In this document: positions 17,138 through 26,955 of the stretch, in pieces
Numbering within the stretch: the first letter of the stretch is position 1
Layout of the letters: each line of letters opens with the position of its first letter
Source of the DNA: Promethearchaeota archaeon
GTDB lineage: Archaea; Asgardarchaeota; Lokiarchaeia; Sigyniarchaeales; SOKP01
Length of the DNA stretch: 35,480 bases
NCBI GenBank assembly: GCA_048941265.1
Contig: JBHLNT010000016.1
Location: 1 to 35,480, forward strand
Reading direction: 5' to 3'
The notes under the pieces: generated by a model
Databases searched by the model: none
Told to the model about the DNA's origin: nothing
Seen by the model: the letters and a program-made list of their open reading frames with translations, nothing else
Program-made: the position numbers and the translations under genes

Positions 17138-17980
17138 TTATGTTATTAATTTCGAAAGTTCAACAAATTTCTTTTGTATTCCAGTTTTAATATTCGGATT
17201 AATCCCTGAAAATGAATTGGCTGAAAATTTAATAGATCCATCCTTGATCGAAAATTGGCATACTGGACCATCCATCATTTCTACAGCATAGCTTCCATCA
17301 TTTTTTTTACTGACCCATAAATCACTAAAATATTCTATTACTGCCTTGAGAACAAATGCTACTTTTGCCTGTTCTGTAGGTGTTTCTTCAGCTTTTTTCA
17401 ATTTGGGTAATGCAACTTTAACTTCTGCAGCAGGTTTTGATGCGGGTAAGGGTTCATCAGATTCATATTCCGATGCTACAATATTTTTTGAAGTAGTAGG
17501 GGTTGGTGCTGAGACTACAGGCTTCGGCTCCGGTTTAACAGTGGGTTGAGGTTCTGGTTTAGGTGTTGGTTTTGCTACGACTTTAATCTCTGCTGCTTCA
17601 ACTCCAGCAGTTGAAAAAGTTACTACGAAATTATCCAATTCTTTGTATTTCCTATCTAATACTTCTTCAAAAGCTTGATTTACTTTATCGGTCTCAGGAT
17701 CTCTTCCTATTTTTCTTTGATCCACCTCTTTGATGGTCTTAATATCTCGACCTATAATTGATTTTCCTACCGTGTATCCATGACCCTTTAACGATTCAGC
17801 TTGTCTTAATGCTGTTCGACGTGCCACTAATCCTTGTTTTGACCCATGCCATAACCATACTGCTTGATTTGATTCATCCAGCACAATGATTGAACGTTCA
17901 GGTAACAAATTTTCTTTGCTCCATTTTATTGGATCAACCACTCCGCCCTCTAATACATTAAACATCAATGCGAATTCCAT
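17138..17980 (-). CDS. Gelsolin/villin-like domain protein with Pro-rich linker and C-terminal domain
   Basis: LLPERSIIVLDESNQAVWLWHGSKQGLVARRTALRQAESL resembles the gelsolin repeat (L...xxILD...IyxWxGxxS...A..A); linker KPTPKPEPQPTVKPEPKP. Confidence 0.65.
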   Translation of the reverse strand: MEFALMFNVLEGGVVDPIKWSKENLLPERSIIVLDESNQAVWLWHGSKQGLVARRTALRQAESLKGHGYTVGKSIIGRDIKTIKEVDQRKIGRDPETDKVNQAFEEVLDRKYKELDNFVVTFSTAGVEAAEIKVVAKPTPKPEPQPTVKPEPKPVVSAPTPTTSKNIVASEYESDEPLPASKPAAEVKVALPKLKKAEETPTEQAKVAFVLKAVIEYFSDLWVSKKNDGSYAVEMMDGPVCQFSIKDGSIKFSANSFSGINPNIKTGIQKKFVELSKLIT

Positions 17981-18200
17981 AATTAATTCTCAACAACTTT
18001 AATTGTTTTTTCAAGTCAACCTAAATTAATATTATAAAAATAACATAGTGTTTATTTATTTAAAAATTAAGTTTTGAAAAAAATATTTGATAATATCTTA
18101 ACAATGAGTTAACAACAACCAAAAAAGCTATAATCTTTGAATAATTACAATACTAAAAAATAAGATAATAATTTAATATAAATTTGATTGATGAGTTTCT

Positions 18201-19187
18201 ATGAGCAACAATATTCTAAAATTAACAATCCCTAAAGGTAGTTTACAGGATGTGGTTTCCTCCTTTTTTCAAAGAGCTGGTCTTAAACTAAGCTTTGCGT
18301 CTAGTAGGGACTATAGACCTTCTATTAGCGATCCGGAAATATATGTGAAATTATTACGTCCACAAGAAATTCCAAATTATTTAGTAGGTGAAGATGAATT
18401 TGATGTAGGGATTTCAGGAATAGACTGGGTAAAAGAAACTAATGCAGATGTGGAAGTTATTTTGGATTTGGAAATTGGCGGAGTAAAAATAGTTTTCTGT
18501 GTTCCAAGTACATGGGATAAAATAAATTCGGTTAATGAACTTATCAAAAAATTTAATGATGATAAGAAAGTATTACGTATATCAACTGAGTATTTAACCC
18601 TTTCCTTGAATTATTTAAAAAGTAATGAAACATACAAAGAACTTTATGGAAATAAAGCTCCATTAGTAATTACTCCTTGGAAAACCTGGGGAGAAAATGA
18701 TAAGGTTAAGATTTTTCTCTCATTTGGTGCAACCGAGGCAAAACCTCCTGAAGAAGTTGATGCCATAATAGATAATACCCAAACAGGCTCAACTTTAAGA
18801 GCAAATAATCTTAAAATTGTTGATATAATTGATAGTTCTACTGCCGTGCTGATTGCCAATAAATATGCTTTAAAAAACGAATGGAAAAAAGAGAAGATAA
18901 AGGATTTAAAGGTATTATTACTCGGCGTAATAGAAGCCTCAAAAAAGCTTCATATTTTTATGAATGTAAGAGAGGAAAATTTGAATAAAATTTTAAGAAA
19001 ACTACCCGCTCTAAAGAGGCCGACAATTTCAAAACTGGCTGGAGAGGACACGGATGGATGGTTTGCAATAAATACTATTATTAAAAAAGATGAATTTTTA
19101 AGCTTAATACCAATGCTAAGAAAATACGCACAAGGATTAGTTGTACACGAACCTCGACAGATTTTACCCCTAGAGTTAATTAAATAA
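18201..19187 (+). CDS. hisG: ATP phosphoribosyltransferase (long form)
   Basis: IPKGSL, LRPQEIP, DVGISGIDW, GATE, AIIDNTQTGSTLRANNL and a C-terminal regulatory domain (LPALKRPTIS). Confidence 0.95.
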   Translation: MSNNILKLTIPKGSLQDVVSSFFQRAGLKLSFASSRDYRPSISDPEIYVKLLRPQEIPNYLVGEDEFDVGISGIDWVKETNADVEVILDLEIGGVKIVFCVPSTWDKINSVNELIKKFNDDKKVLRISTEYLTLSLNYLKSNETYKELYGNKAPLVITPWKTWGENDKVKIFLSFGATEAKPPEEVDAIIDNTQTGSTLRANNLKIVDIIDSSTAVLIANKYALKNEWKKEKIKDLKVLLLGVIEASKKLHIFMNVREENLNKILRKLPALKRPTISKLAGEDTDGWFAINTIIKKDEFLSLIPMLRKYAQGLVVHEPRQILPLELIK

Positions 19188-19195
19188 AATCAAAG

Positions 19196-20494
19196 ATGGT
19201 TTTTGTGAATTTATTAAAAATAATCAATTCAAATCAAATTTCAGAAGAAACTCTTTCTAATTTTATTCCAAGGACATCTACGCAATTACATGAGATTAAG
19301 GAAGAGGTCCTCTATATTATCAATGAAGTTAAACGAAATGGAGACAAAGCAATCATAAGTTTCACTAAGAAATATGACAAGGTTGAAATAAATCAATCAG
19401 AAATCAGAGTTACTGAAAAAGAAATAACTGATGCCTATGAAAAAATTGATAAAAAATTATTAGAAGCACTCAGATATGCGAAAAAAAATTTAATAAAATT
19501 TCATAAAGCACAATTAAGGGAAGATTGGAAAATTGAAATAGAGAAAGGGATTAATGCGGGTCAAATTTATAGACCTTTAGAATCAATAGGGATTTATATT
19601 CCAGGAGGACGTGCAATATATCCAAGTACCGTTTTAATGGCAGCTACACCTGCTTATGTTGCTGGTGTAAAAACCATAATTTTATGCACCCCTCCGCAAA
19701 AAGATAAAAATGTTGCTCCAGAAATTATTGTGGCAGCTAAAGAATTTGGAATCGACAAAATCTTTAAAGTTGGAGGTGCACAAGCCATAAGTGCTATGGC
19801 CTATGGTACTGAAACAATCCCTAAGGTGCCAAAAGTAATTGGACCGGGGAACAAATGGGTTAATGCTGCTAAACAACTTCTATCAAACGATATTGCCATA
19901 GATAATCCCGCTGGCCCTTCTGAAATATTAATTATAGCTGATGAAAATGCTAATTTTAAATATGTTATCCTTGACCTTCTCTCCCAACTAGAGCATGATC
20001 CCGATAATATTGGTATAATTATCACAAACTCTGAGGAATTGATTAAAAAAATTGAAGATAATTTAGAATATTACTTAAACCAATCAATTAGGAAAGATAT
20101 CATAAAGCATGCATTGAAGAACAATTCATTGGTGATTAAAGCTAAAAATCTTGAGGAATGTTGTAAATTAAGTAACTTAATAGCGCCGGAACACTTAGAA
20201 ATCTTAGTTTATAACCCCAGAAGGCTTTTACCGGATATTAGAAATGCAGGAGCAATTTTTATTGGACCTCATACTCCAGTACCCTTAGGAGATTATTCTG
20301 CTGGCACAAACCATGTATTGCCAACTGGGGGAAAAGCCACACAATATTCAGGTTTGAACGTCTATGATTTTTTAAAAATTATAGAAATTTTGGAATGTGA
20401 TAAAGAGGGACTTAAAAAACTTAGTAATTCAGCATCCACAATAGCAGAATTCGAAGGTTTTTTCGCTCATAAAAAATCAATTGAAGAAAGATAA
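19196..20494 (+). CDS. hisD: Histidinol dehydrogenase
   Basis: GIYIPGGRAIYPSTVLM, GGAQAI, GPGNKWV, PAGPSE, SQLEHD, APEHLE, GDYSAGTNHVLPT. Confidence 0.96.
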   Translation: MVFVNLLKIINSNQISEETLSNFIPRTSTQLHEIKEEVLYIINEVKRNGDKAIISFTKKYDKVEINQSEIRVTEKEITDAYEKIDKKLLEALRYAKKNLIKFHKAQLREDWKIEIEKGINAGQIYRPLESIGIYIPGGRAIYPSTVLMAATPAYVAGVKTIILCTPPQKDKNVAPEIIVAAKEFGIDKIFKVGGAQAISAMAYGTETIPKVPKVIGPGNKWVNAAKQLLSNDIAIDNPAGPSEILIIADENANFKYVILDLLSQLEHDPDNIGIIITNSEELIKKIEDNLEYYLNQSIRKDIIKHALKNNSLVIKAKNLEECCKLSNLIAPEHLEILVYNPRRLLPDIRNAGAIFIGPHTPVPLGDYSAGTNHVLPTGGKATQYSGLNVYDFLKIIEILECDKEGLKKLSNSASTIAEFEGFFAHKKSIEER

Positions 20495-20596
20495 CGTAAT
20501 AAAAATTAAATGTTATTGCTATTTTTCTTATTATATAATATTATTTAGAAATACCGTGTAAATTATTAATTTAAATTAGAGATATAGGTAATATAA

Positions 20597-21691
20597 ATGG
20601 ATTTGAATAATCTACTTAGAGCTTCTCTCAAAAGATATTCTGCATACGAACCTGGCGAGCAACCTACTGATAATGGATGGATCAAATTAAATACCAATGA
20701 GAATCCATATCCTCCAGTTCCCGAAATTTTGGAGGATATTAAAAATGCTATTGATGTACGGATGAACCGGTATCCCGATCCTTTAGCGCTTGAAGTTCGC
20801 AAGGCATTGTTAAATCAATTATTGAGGGATAAAGATACTCTTACGAATAGGAATACAGTTTTTGTAGGAAATGGATGTGATGAAATTTTAGATACGGTGT
20901 TTAAAGTTTTTATAGATCCGGGAGATGAGGTTGTATTTTTTTATCCTTCATATGGATTGTATAAAGTATTGGCATCTTTATATAATGCTAAAATAAATGA
21001 GATAAAGCTAAATGATGATTTTTCATTTCCAGAATCTATTTTTTCAGCGAAAGTTAGCGGAAAATTATTATTCATAAATTCACCAAATAATCCTAACGGA
21101 AAATCATATGGAAATGCTGCTATTTTAAAGATCTGCAGCAATTTTTCAGGAATAGTGGTTGTGGATGAAACTTATGCAGATTTTTCAGATCAAACTAGTT
21201 TACCTCTATTAAAAAAAGTAAAAAATCTGATTGTGGCTCGTACGTTTTCCAAAACCTTCTCATTAGCATCAATGCGTTTTGGATATGCTCTTGCAGATGC
21301 TGATATTATTAAAGAAATGAATAAGGTAAAATTGCCATATAATACTAATTATTTAGCACAAATCGCCGCTCTTTCATGTATTAAATATCGAGACAAATTA
21401 TATGAGCAAAATAAAAAAATCATTGAAGAACGAAATAGATTATCCAAAGAATTAAATAATTATAATGGAATTACGGTATTACCTTCAGATGCTAACTTTT
21501 TATGCATAAAATTCGATGATAAATCTATTGCCTTGAAATTTTTATGGGATCTGAAAGATAAATACAAGATTCTGGTAAGACATTTTAATAAACCAGGATT
21601 ATATCAATACTTAAGAGTTACAATTGGAACATTAGAAGAAAATAATAAATTTTTAGATGCTTTTAGAGATCTTGTAAATACTTATCTATGA
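20597..21691 (+). CDS. hisC: Histidinol-phosphate aminotransferase
   Basis: IKLNTNENPY, NRYPD, GNGCDE, SPNNPNG, VVDETY, RTFSKTFSLASMRFGY (PLP Lys), LRVTIGT. Confidence 0.95.
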   Translation: MDLNNLLRASLKRYSAYEPGEQPTDNGWIKLNTNENPYPPVPEILEDIKNAIDVRMNRYPDPLALEVRKALLNQLLRDKDTLTNRNTVFVGNGCDEILDTVFKVFIDPGDEVVFFYPSYGLYKVLASLYNAKINEIKLNDDFSFPESIFSAKVSGKLLFINSPNNPNGKSYGNAAILKICSNFSGIVVVDETYADFSDQTSLPLLKKVKNLIVARTFSKTFSLASMRFGYALADADIIKEMNKVKLPYNTNYLAQIAALSCIKYRDKLYEQNKKIIEERNRLSKELNNYNGITVLPSDANFLCIKFDDKSIALKFLWDLKDKYKILVRHFNKPGLYQYLRVTIGTLEENNKFLDAFRDLVNTYL

Positions 21692-21745
21692 CCTATAGAA
21701 CTGAATATTAACAAATTTAAAATCTAAATTATCAATTATATTTAA

Positions 21746-23008
21746 TTGGAATTTAATTCGGTAAAATTTTGTCTGAGTTGGTATAAAATAACATTATTTT
21801 TTAAGGATGATGAAAAGACAGCGATAGAATGTCCTCATTGTAATTATAAAATTGTTGCACCATACCCAAAAAATAATCTTTGCCCCAAATGTAATAATAA
21901 TTTTCTTGAGTTAAAACAATCAATTGAAAAGGGAAAGAAAAAAAAGAAAAAAGAAAAAAAAAAGAAAAAGAAAGACAGAAAAGATTTAGAGGAGATTCAA
22001 CCTCAGCCAAAAGAATTTGAAAAAAAATCGGTTACACTCTCCTCTAAACTAGAAGGAAAAGTAAAAGTCAAAACAAGTTCAACTACTCCAGATTTGGTCC
22101 TTGAGGGAGATCAAATAGATTTACAAAAAGGGGAATATATCAAATTACTTGGAATCACATCTGTAGATAGAACTCCTCTATTCTGTAGCAACGAAAAATA
22201 TCTCTATTTATTGGAGTTATCTAATAATTTAGATTTTATTGCTACTGGTTTTTTGGAAGGAGAACTTGATAAAATGCTTCTTATAAAGGAAGATAATGAA
22301 AAAGAGAAGTGTCAATGGTTTGTAAAAGATGAAATCATCTATATTGTCTATGGCTCGTTCCCGGATAAAAAAGGTAAATGGCTTCTTGAACAAATGGCAA
22401 CTAATTTTTCAGAATTAGTCGATGATAAAGATGTCAATAATTTAGACAAGCTAGATAAATATGAAATTGAAATGAAGTTTGGCGCACGAACCAAATTTAT
22501 TCTGCAAGAATATTTAAAAATGCAAGAAATCTTTACTGATCAAGAGATTCCTTATGTTGAGGATAAATTAAGAATTGATTATATAGGATTATCCTCGAAG
22601 TCGATCGGAGTTATATCCTTACTGTTAGGAGATGAATTATATGTCGAATCACCGGGACAATTTGAAGATAAAGATGAGGAATTAGAAATGAAAGAATCTG
22701 TTCTCACTGCTAGAATTGAAGCTCTTGCTGCTAATACTATAGGGAATACAGGTGCTATGCCTAAATGGATTGCTGTCAAATTAAAATATCAGCAATATCG
22801 TTTTTTAACTTTTATGAAATATGAAAATGATTTTTTCATGTATTTATTATCGGAAGGTAATATGGGGAAGTTGCCATACGTAGAAACATTATTAGAACCT
22901 TTAATTCAACAAGTAGTTGATAAACCTTTTTCTGGAAATTTAAAACCTTATAATAAATTAAAGAGGATATTGAAAGAATTCTTTCAAGAGAGAAGGTCAT
23001 TTTCTTAA
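21746..23008 (+). CDS. Zn-ribbon + poly-Lys + putative tandem longin/roadblock-like protein (start uncertain)
   Basis: CPHC...CPKC, KGKKKKKKEKKKKKKDRK, then two alpha/beta segments with longin-like strand/helix alternation. No in-frame ATG before the Zn ribbon. Confidence 0.55.
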   Translation: MEFNSVKFCLSWYKITLFFKDDEKTAIECPHCNYKIVAPYPKNNLCPKCNNNFLELKQSIEKGKKKKKKEKKKKKKDRKDLEEIQPQPKEFEKKSVTLSSKLEGKVKVKTSSTTPDLVLEGDQIDLQKGEYIKLLGITSVDRTPLFCSNEKYLYLLELSNNLDFIATGFLEGELDKMLLIKEDNEKEKCQWFVKDEIIYIVYGSFPDKKGKWLLEQMATNFSELVDDKDVNNLDKLDKYEIEMKFGARTKFILQEYLKMQEIFTDQEIPYVEDKLRIDYIGLSSKSIGVISLLLGDELYVESPGQFEDKDEELEMKESVLTARIEALAANTIGNTGAMPKWIAVKLKYQQYRFLTFMKYENDFFMYLLSEGNMGKLPYVETLLEPLIQQVVDKPFSGNLKPYNKLKRILKEFFQERRSFS

Positions 23009-23095
23009 AAAATTATCCTAATTTTTAATAAAAAATTCCACTTGTTTCACCTATTTTAATAATTGTATATTTTTCATTAAAATGTTGGAACAAAA

Positions 23096-24307
23096 TTATT
23101 GTTTAATAAATTTTATACTGATTAAAAAAGTAATTAAAATCAGTAATGAAACTAAATAAAAAGGCAAAAATATTGAAATTTCACCTAAATAACAAATAAG
23201 AATAGGTCCAAACGCACCAAGGATGAAGCCAAGTGTGTTATTAATCCCGAAAGCACTTCCTTTGAGATCCCGATGATTTTCTTCTATATGTTTTGATAAT
23301 AGGGTATAACCGGAAGTTTGAAACATTCCAAATCCAATCCCTATAAAAGTTGCTGCTATGATAAACATTGAAAGATCTGTTGAAATAAAGAAAAATAGTC
23401 CTGTTATAATTATCAGAATCTGACTATATAGCAATATTTTTTTTGTTCCATATCGATCTGATAAATATCCGCCGGATAAAACCGAGCAAATAAAAATTAA
23501 GGTTAATGCCATCAAGAAATACGTGGCTTCAATTTGATCTAAATCAAAATGAATTTGTAAGAGCCAAATGAAGTAAACATATACCCCTGAAAATATCCCC
23601 CATCTGAGCGTATTTAAAATTACAATGATATTAAAATACCTGTCTCTTATAAGAACTTTTAATTCTAATTTTTTTATTCTCTCGATTACAAACTCATCAT
23701 CTGTATCAATGTTTTTTGTTGAATTAGAATCAGTTTGTTCCTTAACAAAAATTATAATCATAAGTAATGAAAATGTACCCAAGATGGTTGATATTATGAA
23801 TATCATACGGAAACCTAAATAATTTGAGATATAACCTCCTATTATGATTCCACCAAAGAAACCTAGAGTCATCGAAAAGGAAAAAAACGCCATTCCCTTT
23901 CCATGTTTCTTTCTATAATGATCTGCGACTATGGCTTGCAAAATGGAACTATAAGCACCTGCACCCTGAATTGCTCGAAAGATAATAAGCTGGATAACAT
24001 TCTCAGCTAAATAACATAAAAAGGTTCCAATAATATATATTGTTGTTCCAATTATTATCATCACTTTTCTTCCCATTTTGTCTGAAGCTCGAGCCATCGG
24101 AAATTGAAATATGGCCTGTGTTATGGAATATACTCCTATAATTATACCATATGAAGTAAGTGTCCCAGATAGACTTATAACAAAATCAGGCAAACCAATT
24201 TCAATAATACTCAACCCTAAACTACGGATAAAATTAGCAAACATTAAAGCAAATAAAATCACTTTTGCTTTTTTTTCAATTTGAGGGTCTGTTGATTCGT
24301 TGTCCAT
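23096..24307 (-). CDS. MFS transporter
   Basis: About 12 TM segments; motif A ARASDKMGRK and GYLSDRYGTK; FRAIQGAG. Confidence 0.92.
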   Translation of the reverse strand: MDNESTDPQIEKKAKVILFALMFANFIRSLGLSIIEIGLPDFVISLSGTLTSYGIIIGVYSITQAIFQFPMARASDKMGRKVMIIIGTTIYIIGTFLCYLAENVIQLIIFRAIQGAGAYSSILQAIVADHYRKKHGKGMAFFSFSMTLGFFGGIIIGGYISNYLGFRMIFIISTILGTFSLLMIIIFVKEQTDSNSTKNIDTDDEFVIERIKKLELKVLIRDRYFNIIVILNTLRWGIFSGVYVYFIWLLQIHFDLDQIEATYFLMALTLIFICSVLSGGYLSDRYGTKKILLYSQILIIITGLFFFISTDLSMFIIAATFIGIGFGMFQTSGYTLLSKHIEENHRDLKGSAFGINNTLGFILGAFGPILICYLGEISIFLPFYLVSLLILITFLISIKFIKQ

Positions 24308-24413
24308 TTAGTTTTGAAATTAAAGAAAGAATATAAAATTAATTTTAAAAAGAGAGGGAAGATATTCCTTCTACAGTTTTACTTGAAAGACAAAATTTTT
24401 AAATTGCAAGAAA

Positions 24414-24689
24414 TTAGTCTCGAGGTCTTTCCTTTATTTCTTTTAGTTTTGATTTTATTTTATCTTTATATTCAAAGGTTTTTTTTCGAGCAATTGATAA
24501 TAAATCCACTAAAGTTTTTTGTTTTTGTTTGGTCTTAATATGTCGAATATGTTGAAGGTTATAATCTTTCTTATAAATTTCTGCTCCACAAGATTCGCAG
24601 TAAATTGGTTCTTGATCTAGCAAGGTAGTAAATAGCTCATCGGGAATCTGCTCACCACATTCTCTACAAAAAATCTTATCTTCAGCCAT
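24414..24689 (-). CDS. Small zinc-ribbon protein with basic tail
   Basis: FCRECGEQI...YCESCGAEI; SD-like GAGGT upstream of the ATG. Confidence 0.7.
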   Translation of the reverse strand: MAEDKIFCRECGEQIPDELFTTLLDQEPIYCESCGAEIYKKDYNLQHIRHIKTKQKQKTLVDLLSIARKKTFEYKDKIKSKLKEIKERPRD

Positions 24690-24857
24690 CTATTTTGACC
24701 TCATTATGAAAAAAATATTAATTCATGAAAAAAAATATTCATTATTACTAATTATTTAATGGTAAGTAAATATTAAAAAATATTTCATAATATATTGGTT
24801 GGTTACTAAAAATCTAAGATTTATCAAATACATATTTGAATTTTTTTTAAAATCAAT

Positions 24858-25805
24858 ATGAGTTTAACCCCATTAAAAATCTATCAAGATTTAAAGGAAA
24901 ATAAATTAGATAGAAAAAGTGCTGCGGAAATTTTATTAATGTTAATTGAAAACAGCGAAGATGATGATGTGAGAATTGAAAGCATAAAATTATTAGAAAA
25001 GATCGGTTTCAAAAATGACAAGCTTTTCAAAGTCTTAGAAGGTTTGTTAATTTCTGATTTAAATGAGAGAGTTAGATATATCGCGGCGGTATATATTACA
25101 GATTATTTTATAGACAGAGCACTCTCACCTATGAAATGGGCCCTTGAATATGAATCAAATTATGATTGCCTAATTTTAATTATTAAAACACTAGCTAAAA
25201 TCGGCAGCAACGAAGCTAAAGAAACATTATTAGATGACCTAAAGAGGATTAAGAAAAGAAAATACATAGATAAAGATAGGCAATATCATAATAAGTTTAA
25301 AAAGTCTCTTAAAAAATTATTAAAATCCAAGAAGATTAAAAACCTCCATTGTGAAGATTTGGCTGATATAATAATTAATTACAAAACTATTGAAACGCTG
25401 ATTAAAACTTTTTTTACAATATATTATAAAGTCGAAAATGGTTTAGTTACCGAATTAGATTTATCAGATTTGGGATGGAATGTAAATGTATGGAGGCAAA
25501 AATATGCAGAAAAAGTCGAGGAAATATCCGAAATAGTTGGTCTCATGAATTTAAAGAACTTAAAATCACTTGATCTTTCTAATAATAGGATTAGCTTTAT
25601 TAAAGATCTCCTAAACCTTAAGAAATTAACTCACTTATACATTTCCAACAATAAATTGAATTTGGATAATATAGAATTTTTTGAAAAGATGGATAATTTA
25701 AAATTTTTAGATATACATGGAAATGAAATCGCTACTAGCATTAAATTTCTTGAACTTAGAAAAAAATTAGATGTTAAATTAAAGAGTAATCTCCTATTTG
25801 AATGA
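24858..25805 (+). CDS. HEAT-repeat + short SDS22-type LRR protein (paralogue 4)
   Basis: Same N-terminal HEAT module (LEGLLISDLNERVRYIAA...PMKWALEYE) and about 3 LRRs (LKSLDLSNNRI, LTHLYISNNKL, LKFLDIHGNEI). Confidence 0.85.
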   Translation: MSLTPLKIYQDLKENKLDRKSAAEILLMLIENSEDDDVRIESIKLLEKIGFKNDKLFKVLEGLLISDLNERVRYIAAVYITDYFIDRALSPMKWALEYESNYDCLILIIKTLAKIGSNEAKETLLDDLKRIKKRKYIDKDRQYHNKFKKSLKKLLKSKKIKNLHCEDLADIIINYKTIETLIKTFFTIYYKVENGLVTELDLSDLGWNVNVWRQKYAEKVEEISEIVGLMNLKNLKSLDLSNNRISFIKDLLNLKKLTHLYISNNKLNLDNIEFFEKMDNLKFLDIHGNEIATSIKFLELRKKLDVKLKSNLLFE

Positions 25806-25882
25806 AGTATTTAACTATTTAAATTTCAGATTATTCAAATAATTAAAAAGGTAGCTATACATATTTTTTTATCTGAGTGAAG

Positions 25883-26842
25883 ATGGAATTAACACCTGAA
25901 AAGATTTTCGAAGATTTTAATGATAAGAAAATAAATAAAAATACTGCAGTTGAATTATTAATCTCTTTAATCGATAATAACGACTATGAAGATACTCGAA
26001 TTGAATGTATTGAAAAGCTTAAACAAATTAGCGTTAATAATGATAAATTTTTTCATTATATGGAAAATTTATTCATCTCGGATTTAAATGCAAAAGTTAG
26101 ATGTGCTGCAGCTAACTATATTAAAGATTTTTTTCTTGATAAAGCTCTTTCTCTTATTAAATGGGCTGTAGAATATGAAACTGATTACACTTGTCTATGT
26201 ATGATTATCCAAACACTAATAGAATTAAATAATAATGAATCTAAATCAGTTTTAGTTGATATGATTAAAAATATCAGAAAAACCAAATATCTTGACGAAA
26301 AAAACAGGATCGAAAATAAAAAATTCAAGAGGGCTATTAAAAAATTGATAAAAAGAGAAAAGATTAAAAATTCCACCCATAAGGAATTGGCTGAAATCAT
26401 TATAAATTATTTAACAATATCAGCATTGACAAAAAAGTTTTATTCTGTATATTTTGAATTAGAAGATGCTTTAGTTGTTAAATTGGATTTAGCTGATGTG
26501 GAATATGAAGTAAGGGGCTGGAAATCAGATTTTAAAAATAACATAAAGGAATTTAATGAAATCACGGGTATAGAATTTCTAAAAAGTTTAACTCATCTAA
26601 ATTTATCAAATAATCAAATAAGCAATATTGAAGAATTGTTAAAATTAAAAAACCTCACTCATTTATATATATCTAATAATAAAATCAAAAACTTAGAAAA
26701 TTTAGAATATTTTAAAGAATTACCAAATCTTAAATATGTGGATATTTCTGGAAATCCCATTCTCGAACATTTAAACTCTCATAATTTTAAGAATAACAGA
26801 TTTAGTAATATAAAAATCGTATTGAAAAAACATAAATTCTAA
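25883..26842 (+). CDS. HEAT-repeat + short SDS22-type LRR protein (paralogue 5)
   Basis: MELTPEKIF start matches the paralogues (ATG 25883); MENLFISDLNAKVRCAAA...IKWAVEYE; about 3 LRRs. Confidence 0.85.
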   Translation: MELTPEKIFEDFNDKKINKNTAVELLISLIDNNDYEDTRIECIEKLKQISVNNDKFFHYMENLFISDLNAKVRCAAANYIKDFFLDKALSLIKWAVEYETDYTCLCMIIQTLIELNNNESKSVLVDMIKNIRKTKYLDEKNRIENKKFKRAIKKLIKREKIKNSTHKELAEIIINYLTISALTKKFYSVYFELEDALVVKLDLADVEYEVRGWKSDFKNNIKEFNEITGIEFLKSLTHLNLSNNQISNIEELLKLKNLTHLYISNNKIKNLENLEYFKELPNLKYVDISGNPILEHLNSHNFKNNRFSNIKIVLKKHKF

Positions 26843-26955
26843 AAAACAGTCTTATAAAGAATTAAGAAAAGGTATTGAATAAATTCGCAAAAGAATTCTA
26901 AAATTAAGTTCTCTTTTTAAGATTTAATAGAAGAATTCTGCCACACAATAGGATT

